Program-made: the position numbers and the translations under genes
Part shown: in pieces, positions 57,705 through 63,356 of the stretch
Layout: every line of letters starts with the position of its first letter
Numbering within the stretch: position 1 is the first letter of the stretch
From: Chloroflexota bacterium
GTDB taxonomy: Bacteria; Chloroflexota; Limnocylindria; Limnocylindrales; CSP1-4
Reading direction: 5' to 3'
DNA: 63,356 nucleotides
NCBI GenBank assembly: GCA_021802585.1
Contig: JAJZRQ010000007.1
Coordinates: 1-63,356, forward strand
The notes under the pieces: model-generated
Databases searched by the model: none
Told to the model about the DNA's origin: nothing
The model's input: only the letters and a program-made list of their open reading frames with translations

Positions 57705-58568
57705 ATGGCCGTCTCAACCCGCGTCCCCCTGCTGGAGCTGAGTGGGGTCAGCAAACGGTTCGGCGCCGTCCAGGCCCTGACGGAGGTCCGCTTCGACGTC
57801 TTCGCCGGCGAGGTCGTCGCGCTCGTCGGCGACAACGGGGCCGGGAAGTCGACCCTCATCAAGGTCATCTCGGGCATCCATCCGGCGGACGCCGGGCAGT
57901 TCCGGTTCGAGGGCCGGGACGTCGCCATCCATGGGCCCCAGGACTCCGCCTCTCTCGGGATCGCCACGGTCTACCAGGATCTCGCCCTCTGCGACAACCT
58001 CGACGTGGTCGCCAACCTCTACCTCGGGCGCGAGGTGGGCGGCCGCGGACCGCTGGGTCGCATGAACGAGACTTCGATGGAGCAACGGTCGATCGACGTC
58101 CTGCGCCGTCTCTCGGTGAAGATCCCGAGCGTCCGCACGCCGGTCGAGTCCCTGTCCGGCGGGCAGCGCCAGTCCGTCGCGGTCGCCCGGTCGGTCCTCT
58201 GGAAGAACAAGGTCGTGCTCCTCGACGAGCCCACGGCCGCCCTCGGCGTCGCCCAGACCCACGAGGTCCTCGAGCTCGTGAAGCGGCTCCGCGACGAGGG
58301 CCACGGGGTCGTGCTCATCAGCCACAACCTCGTCGACGTCTTCGAGGTCGCCGACCGGATCACCGTGCTCCGGCTCGGGCGCTACGTCGGGACGTACAGC
58401 GCGGCGACCGTCGGCCGCGAACAGCTGGTCGCTCTCATGACCGGCGCCGTGCCCGGGGAGGCCGCCAACGGAGAGATGCCGGCTGGCGCGCTTCCGCCGG
58501 CTCCGCCGGCCTGGCGCGCGGACTCGACCGGGCCCAGCGCCGGGATCCCCGGGGAGGTGGGGCGATGA
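57705..58568 (+). CDS. Monosaccharide ABC transporter ATPase (single domain)
   Basis: GDNGAGKST, VYQDLALCDNL, LSGGQRQ, LLDEPTAALG, ISHN. Confidence 0.93.
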   Translation: MAVSTRVPLLELSGVSKRFGAVQALTEVRFDVFAGEVVALVGDNGAGKSTLIKVISGIHPADAGQFRFEGRDVAIHGPQDSASLGIATVYQDLALCDNLDVVANLYLGREVGGRGPLGRMNETSMEQRSIDVLRRLSVKIPSVRTPVESLSGGQRQSVAVARSVLWKNKVVLLDEPTAALGVAQTHEVLELVKRLRDEGHGVVLISHNLVDVFEVADRITVLRLGRYVGTYSAATVGREQLVALMTGAVPGEAANGEMPAGALPPAPPAWRADSTGPSAGIPGEVGR

Positions 58569-59779
58569 GCACCCTGGCTAACGACCCTCGCCTCATCGCC
58601 GGCGAAGCGAGCTTCCGCGGGATCGTCGCGACCTACCGTCGCCGGATCAGCTCCGGCGACGTGGGGCAGCTGCCGGTCATCATCGGCCTGGTCGTCATCT
58701 GGAGCGTCTTCGGCATCGCGTCCGGGGGCACGTTCTTCACCCCTGTCAACCTCGTGAATCTCTCGCTGCAGATGGCGGCCGTGGGGACGATCGCCGTCGG
58801 CGTCGTCTTCGTCCTGCTCCTCGGTGAGATCGACCTGACGGTCGGGGTCATGTCCGGCCTGGCCGCCGGGATCATGGCCGTCCTCAACGTCCAGGCGGGG
58901 CTCCCCGGCCCTCTGGCGGTGCTCGGCGGCCTCGTCGCCGGGCTTCTCGTCGGCGCGTTCCACGGCATGTGGATCACCCGCTTCCGCATCCCGTCGTTCG
59001 TCGTCACCCTGGCCGGCCTCATCGCCTGGCAGGGCGTCCTGCTCTTCGTCCTGGGCTCCCGCGGCACCATCAACCTGCGGGACCCCTTCATCACGGGCCT
59101 CGCCGGGACCTTCTTCACGGGCATCTGGGCATGGGTGATCGGCGCGGGGTTCGTCGTCTACGTGGGCGGGACGGCCTACATGCAGCGCCGCAACCGCGTC
59201 GCTGCCGGCCTGTCGGGTGGTCCCACGCTCCTCGTGTGGGCCCGAACCGCCATCAGCGCCGCCGTCGTGGCCTTGGCCATCGTGGTCCTGAGCCAGGACC
59301 GGGGCCTGCCGCTCTCGCTCGTCCTGCTGGTCGGCCTCGTCGTGGTCATGGACTTCGTGGCCCGGCGCACGCGCTTCGGCCGGATGGTCTTCGCCGTCGG
59401 CGGGAACGCCGAGGCGGCTCGCCGGGCGGGCATCCCGGTCGATCGCGTCCGGGTCGCCGTGTTCATCATGGCCTCGACCTTCGCCGCGTGGGGTGGCATC
59501 CTCGCCGCCTCCCGCCTCCTCGCGGTGACGCAGTCCTCGGGCTCCGGCGACGTGCTCCTCAACGCGATCGCGTCGGCGGTCATCGGCGGCACGAGCCTCT
59601 TCGGTGGTCGCGGCACCGCGTGGGCCGCCCTCCTCGGCATCCTCGTGATCCAGTCGATCTCGAACGGGATGGACCTGCTCAGCTTCGAACCCGCGATCAA
59701 GCTCACCATCACCGGCGCCGTCCTCCTCACCGCCGTGACGATCGACGCCCTGGCCAGGAGGGGACGCGAACAGCACTGA
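58565..59779 (+). CDS. Monosaccharide ABC transporter permease (XylH-like)
   Basis: LLLGEIDL.VG, IPSFVVTLAG, RT.FGR..FAVGGN.EAARRAGI, IA..VIGGTSLFGG.G. Confidence 0.93.
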   Translation: MSTLANDPRLIAGEASFRGIVATYRRRISSGDVGQLPVIIGLVVIWSVFGIASGGTFFTPVNLVNLSLQMAAVGTIAVGVVFVLLLGEIDLTVGVMSGLAAGIMAVLNVQAGLPGPLAVLGGLVAGLLVGAFHGMWITRFRIPSFVVTLAGLIAWQGVLLFVLGSRGTINLRDPFITGLAGTFFTGIWAWVIGAGFVVYVGGTAYMQRRNRVAAGLSGGPTLLVWARTAISAAVVALAIVVLSQDRGLPLSLVLLVGLVVVMDFVARRTRFGRMVFAVGGNAEAARRAGIPVDRVRVAVFIMASTFAAWGGILAASRLLAVTQSSGSGDVLLNAIASAVIGGTSLFGGRGTAWAALLGILVIQSISNGMDLLSFEPAIKLTITGAVLLTAVTIDALARRGREQH

Positions 59780-59828
59780 ACCCCGGCCGTCGTCCCGCCC
59801 GACCGCACGCCTGGCAGGGGGACGAGCC

Positions 59829-60374
59829 CTACCGGCTTGCCTGGTGCTCCGCCAGCGCGGCCACCAGCGCAGCGCAGAAGGCGGGGATGTCCTCCACGAC
59901 GCGGCCCCACACGAGGTTCCCGTCCTGGAGCGCCGGCTCGTCGACCCAGGTCGCCCCGGCGTTCACGAGATCATCCCGGATTCCGAGCGAGCCCGTGGCC
60001 CGGCTCCCATCGACGATCCGCGCGGAGATCGCCACGAGGCCGCCGTGGCAGATGATCCCGATCGGCTTCCGCGCTCCGTGCATCGCCGCGACGAAGTCCG
60101 TCACCGCCCGGTGGCGGCGGAGCTTGTCCGGCATCCAGCCGCCGGGGATCACGAGCGCGTCGTACTGGTCGGGGTCCAGGCCGCCGACCTCGACCTCCAC
60201 CGGCACGGCGAGGCCGTTCTTCCCGTGGACCGTCCCCGGCGCGAGGCCGGCCGAGGTCACCCGGGCCCCCGCCTCGCGCAGCCGCATCACGGTGACCCAG
60301 TACTCCAGGTCCTCCACGCCGTCGCCGGCGAGGACGACCACGTGCATCCCGTCGAGCTCCATCGGGGCCTCCAT
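59829..60374 (-). CDS. PfpI/DJ-1 (type 1 glutamine amidotransferase-like) protein
   Basis: EDLE.W....RL.E.G, YDAL.IPGG..PDKLR, KP.G.ICHG, D.NL..GR...D.PAF. Start 60374 or 60362. Confidence 0.9.
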   Translation of the reverse strand: MEAPMELDGMHVVVLAGDGVEDLEYWVTVMRLREAGARVTSAGLAPGTVHGKNGLAVPVEVEVGGLDPDQYDALVIPGGWMPDKLRRHRAVTDFVAAMHGARKPIGIICHGGLVAISARIVDGSRATGSLGIRDDLVNAGATWVDEPALQDGNLVWGRVVEDIPAFCAALVAALAEHQASR

Positions 60375-60454
60375 CCGCCCCGGCGGTCGGGCCGGGGTCG
60401 CCGCCCGAGGATACGCCGCTCCCGCCCCGGCGGCGCGTGCCGTACGATCGCGGC

Positions 60455-60892
60455 ATGCCGCACGACGCTCGTCTCTCCGCCGACGTCCGCGCCTTCCTGG
60501 CCGGGCCCGGCCGCTTTGCCACGCTGGCCACGATCGACCCCGACGGGGCACCCCGGCAGGCCGTGGTCTGGTACCGCCTCGATCCCGACGGGCGGATCAC
60601 CGTGAACAGCGCGGACGGCAGGCGCTGGCCGGCGAACCTGCGCCGCGACCCGCGCTGCTCGCTTGCGGTCCCCGACGGGGCTGATGGCTACGCCTTCGTC
60701 GCCCTGACCGGCCGCGTGGCCGAGGTCGTCGACGACCAGGCGGTCGCGCAGGCCGACATCGCCGCGCTCGCCCGTCACTACCACGCGGACGACCTGGCCA
60801 AGGCCGAACGGGTCATCGGCCGCTTCCGCACGCAGCATCGCGTCTCATTCCGGGTCGAGATCGTCGCCGTCCACGACCACCTCGAGGACTGA
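60455..60892 (+). CDS. PPOX-class F420-dependent split-barrel protein
   Basis: ATLATI.PDG.P....VWY, NS..GR....NLRRDPR.S..V, Y.FV...G. Confidence 0.88.
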   Translation: MPHDARLSADVRAFLAGPGRFATLATIDPDGAPRQAVVWYRLDPDGRITVNSADGRRWPANLRRDPRCSLAVPDGADGYAFVALTGRVAEVVDDQAVAQADIAALARHYHADDLAKAERVIGRFRTQHRVSFRVEIVAVHDHLED

Positions 60893-60897
60893 CTGCC

Positions 60898-61266
60898 GTG
60901 AACCGCGTCGCCCGCGCCGGCAACGCCCTCGGCGGGCGGCTCATGGCCCTGACCGGCTGGGTCGGCGAGCTTGGGACGATCGGGGCGCGGACCGGGCAGC
61001 GCCGCCGCGCCCCGATTGGGTACGTTGCGCGCCCCGACGGGTCGCTGCTCGTCGGCTCGGAGCGCGGCAACCGCGGCTGGGCGGCGAACCTGCGGGCGAA
61101 CCCCGCGGCCACGTTCACCGTGAAGGGCGTCGAGCGACGCTACCGGGCCCGCCTCGTCGGCCTCGACGAGCGCACGGCGGCGATCGCCGCGCTGCGCGCC
61201 AGGTTCGGACGCTGGGCCGCCCGCACCAACTGGGGCGACCTCTTCGTGCTCGAGCCGGAGGCGTAG
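60898..61266 (+). CDS. Deazaflavin-dependent nitroreductase (DDN)-like protein
   Basis: L.T.GARTG..R..P, W..NLRANP, RAR......ER, FVL.P. Confidence 0.82.
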   Translation: MNRVARAGNALGGRLMALTGWVGELGTIGARTGQRRRAPIGYVARPDGSLLVGSERGNRGWAANLRANPAATFTVKGVERRYRARLVGLDERTAAIAALRARFGRWAARTNWGDLFVLEPEA

Positions 61267-61268
61267 GC

Positions 61269-62204
61269 GTGCCGGACGTCCGCTTCGGCGCCCAGCTCTG
61301 GAGCCAGGCGAGCCCGTGGGACGGGTTCCTCGCGGCCGCGGTCGCGGCGGAGGACGCCGCCTGGGACGCGGTCTGGACGTGGGATCACCTCCACGCGATC
61401 TTCGGGCCGTGGGAGCAGCCGATCTTCGAGGGCTGGCTGGCAATGACGGCGGTGGCCGCGCGGACGTCGCGGGTCCGGGTCGGGCTCATGGTCGGCGCGA
61501 ACACGCTCCGGAACCCCGGCCACACGGCGAAGCTCGCGGCGACGCTCGACCACGTGAGCGGCGGGCGGGCCGTGCTCGGCATCGGCGGGGCCTGGTTCGC
61601 CCGCGAGCACGAGGCGTTCGGGATCGACTTCGGGGCGAGCGTCGGCGAGCGGCTCGACCGCCTCGACGAGGCGGTCGAGCTCATGCGCCGCCTCCTCGAC
61701 GGCGAGCGGTTCGACCACGCCGGCCGTTTCTATCGCTTCACCGACGCGCTCATCGCGCCGCCGCCGGTCCAGGCGCACCTCCCGATCCTCGTCGGGGGGA
61801 GCGGGCCGCGGAAGACGCTGCGGACGGTCGCCCGCCTCGCCGACGCCTGGAACACGAACGGGACACCCGACGAGGTCGCGGCGCGCGACGCGATCCTCCG
61901 CGACCACTGCGCGGCCGTCGGGCGCGACCCGGCCGCGATCGAGCGGACGGTGAGCTTCCCCGTGGTCATCCGTGACGACCCGGCGGCGGCGGAGCGGGCG
62001 TTCGGGGCCATCTGCGCCCGCAACGGGACGCCCGACGCGGGGAAGGTGCCGACGCTCCTCGGCCCGCCGGAGCTCATCGCCGCGGCGATCCGCCCGTACG
62101 CCGACCTCGGCTTCCGGACGGTGATCGTCCGTCTTCCCGCCCCGTACGACGCGGAGACGATCGCCCGGATCGGCGAGGTCCGGGCCGCGCTCGCGGACCG
62201 GTAG
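61269..62204 (+). CDS. LLM-class F420-dependent oxidoreductase
   Basis: W.WDH...I.G...Q..FEGW, V.ANT.RNP...AK.A.TLDH.S.GR..LG.G.AWF..EH, P.LVGGSG..KTL..VA..AD.WN. Confidence 0.9.
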   Translation: MPDVRFGAQLWSQASPWDGFLAAAVAAEDAAWDAVWTWDHLHAIFGPWEQPIFEGWLAMTAVAARTSRVRVGLMVGANTLRNPGHTAKLAATLDHVSGGRAVLGIGGAWFAREHEAFGIDFGASVGERLDRLDEAVELMRRLLDGERFDHAGRFYRFTDALIAPPPVQAHLPILVGGSGPRKTLRTVARLADAWNTNGTPDEVAARDAILRDHCAAVGRDPAAIERTVSFPVVIRDDPAAAERAFGAICARNGTPDAGKVPTLLGPPELIAAAIRPYADLGFRTVIVRLPAPYDAETIARIGEVRAALADR

Positions 62205-62211
62205 CGACGGG

Positions 62212-63162
62212 ATGCCGCGCGTCGTCGCGCTCGCGGGCGGGGTCGGCGGCTCGAAGCTCGCCCATGGCCTCGCCGCCGTCCTGGCGCCCGCCGCGCTCAC
62301 CGTCGTCGTCAACACCGCCGACGACGCGGAGTTCCACGGCCTCCTCGTCTGCCCCGACCACGACACCGTCTGCTACACCCTCGCCGGGCTCGCCGACCGG
62401 GAGCAGGGCTGGGGCCTCGCCGGCGAGACGTGGTCGGCCGCCGCCATGCTCGCCCGTCTCGGCGAGCCGTCCTGGTTCCGCCTCGGCGACCGCGACCTCG
62501 CCGTCCATGTCCACCGGACGCGCCTCCTCCGCGAGGGCGCCCGCCCGACGGAGGTCGCGCTCGGGATCCAGCGGGCGCTGGGGGTCGCGACCCCGATCCT
62601 GCCGATGGCCGACGAGCCCGTCCGGACGCGCGTCCGGACGCCCGCCGGCTGGCTCGACTTCCAGGACTACTTCGTGCGCCTCCAGCAGGCCCCCGACGTC
62701 CTCGAGGTCGCCTTCGCCGGCGTCGAGGCGGCCCGGCCCACGCCCGAGGTCGCGGCGGCGTTCGCGGCGGCCGAGGCGATCGTCGTCTGCCCCTCGAACC
62801 CGTTCGTGTCGATCGGGCCGATCCTCGCCGTCCCGGGGATCCGCGACCTCGTCGCGGCCGCCCGGGCGCGGGGCGTGCGCGTCGCCGCGGTCTCGCCGCT
62901 CGTCGGCGGCCGCGCGCTCAAGGGGCCGGCGGACCGGATGGCCGTCTCTCTAGGAGAGGAGGCGAGCGCGATCGGGATCGCCCGCCACTACGCGGGGCTC
63001 ATCGACGCCCTCCTCGTCGACGACGCCGACGCCGCCCTCGCCCCCGCGATCGCGGCGCTGGGGATCGAGCCGGTCGTGGGCCCGATCGTCATGGGCGACG
63101 ACGCGTCCCGGGCGGCGCTGGCCGCCGCAGCGGTCGCGGCGGCCTCGGCCGCGGCGTCCTGA
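62212..63162 (+). CDS. cofD: 2-phospho-L-lactate/phosphoenolpyruvate transferase (F420 biosynthesis)
   Basis: LAGGVGGSKL, VVNT.DD....GL..CPD.DTV.YTLAG, WF.LGD.DLA.H, FQ.YFV, PSNP.VSIGPIL, VSP.VGG.A.KGPA. Confidence 0.95.
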   Translation: MPRVVALAGGVGGSKLAHGLAAVLAPAALTVVVNTADDAEFHGLLVCPDHDTVCYTLAGLADREQGWGLAGETWSAAAMLARLGEPSWFRLGDRDLAVHVHRTRLLREGARPTEVALGIQRALGVATPILPMADEPVRTRVRTPAGWLDFQDYFVRLQQAPDVLEVAFAGVEAARPTPEVAAAFAAAEAIVVCPSNPFVSIGPILAVPGIRDLVAAARARGVRVAAVSPLVGGRALKGPADRMAVSLGEEASAIGIARHYAGLIDALLVDDADAALAPAIAALGIEPVVGPIVMGDDASRAALAAAAVAAASAAAS

Positions 63163-63198
63163 GCGTCGCGCTCCCGGCGGCTCGTCTACGATCGCGTC

Positions 63199-63356
63199 GT
63201 GCCGCGCCCCACGCCACCCCTCGACCGGGTCGCCGCCCTCGTGCCCGTGCGGGGCCTCGAGGGCGCGAAGGCGCGCCTCGGCGAGGTGCTCGACGCCGAG
63301 GAGCGGCGATCGCTCGTCGAGCGGCTCCTCCGGCGGACCGTCGCGGCGGCGCTGGC
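63199..63356 (+). CDS. cofC: Phospholactate/PEP guanylyltransferase (F420 biosynthesis), partial at the window end
   Basis: From GTG 63199: ...ALVPVRGLEGAKARLGEVLDAEERRSLVERLL..., matching the VP.K....AK.RL...L...ER..L motif. Follows cofD. Confidence 0.85.
   Translation, partial: MPRPTPPLDRVAALVPVRGLEGAKARLGEVLDAEERRSLVERLLRRTVAAAL

Noticed and set aside
53700-60900. Slightly lower-GC stretch as a second island
   Set aside because: This is only a visual impression, with no mobility genes or boundary repeats. It may reflect Lys/Asp-rich, highly expressed transporter genes.

Overview
This is a very high-GC bacterial chromosome segment. Its gene content (F420 biosynthesis cofD/cofC, classical men pathway, FMN-riboswitch RibXY-type transporter, DUF3090/SCO1664 pair, leaderless genes) suggests Chloroflexota or an Actinomycetota-like host; this is an inference. 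Bases 1-~15,600 look like an acquired, decaying island with visibly less extreme GC. It runs from an IS256-like right end and a broken tyrosine recombinase to an IS1634-like remnant, and carries a LacI-controlled D-arabinan utilisation locus: DUF4185/GH183, sugar ABC transporter, an unknown 696-aa protein, GH172, a GH116 relic, fucose/D-arabinose isomerase and FGGY kinase. The backbone then has ribokinase, a TetR-led menF-D-H-B-A-C-E-G operon with an unusual MenE::alpha/beta-hydrolase fusion and no menI, and a two-component system divergent from an ApbE/ferric-reductase-like module. Further along are an LCP enzyme, a riboflavin ABC transporter, YceI/MarR, aceE, pncA, a xylose-type ABC transporter and an F420 cluster. 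The most striking unexplained signal is intergenic, at 39,851-40,112: a ~262-nt element with its own promoter, a 14-bp closing stem and nine consecutive hairpins with GNNA loops (six GCAA). It lies just downstream of a 69-aa Arg-rich zinc-ribbon protein and is a candidate undescribed structured RNA or RNP. All calls come from reading motifs by eye; no database searches were run.
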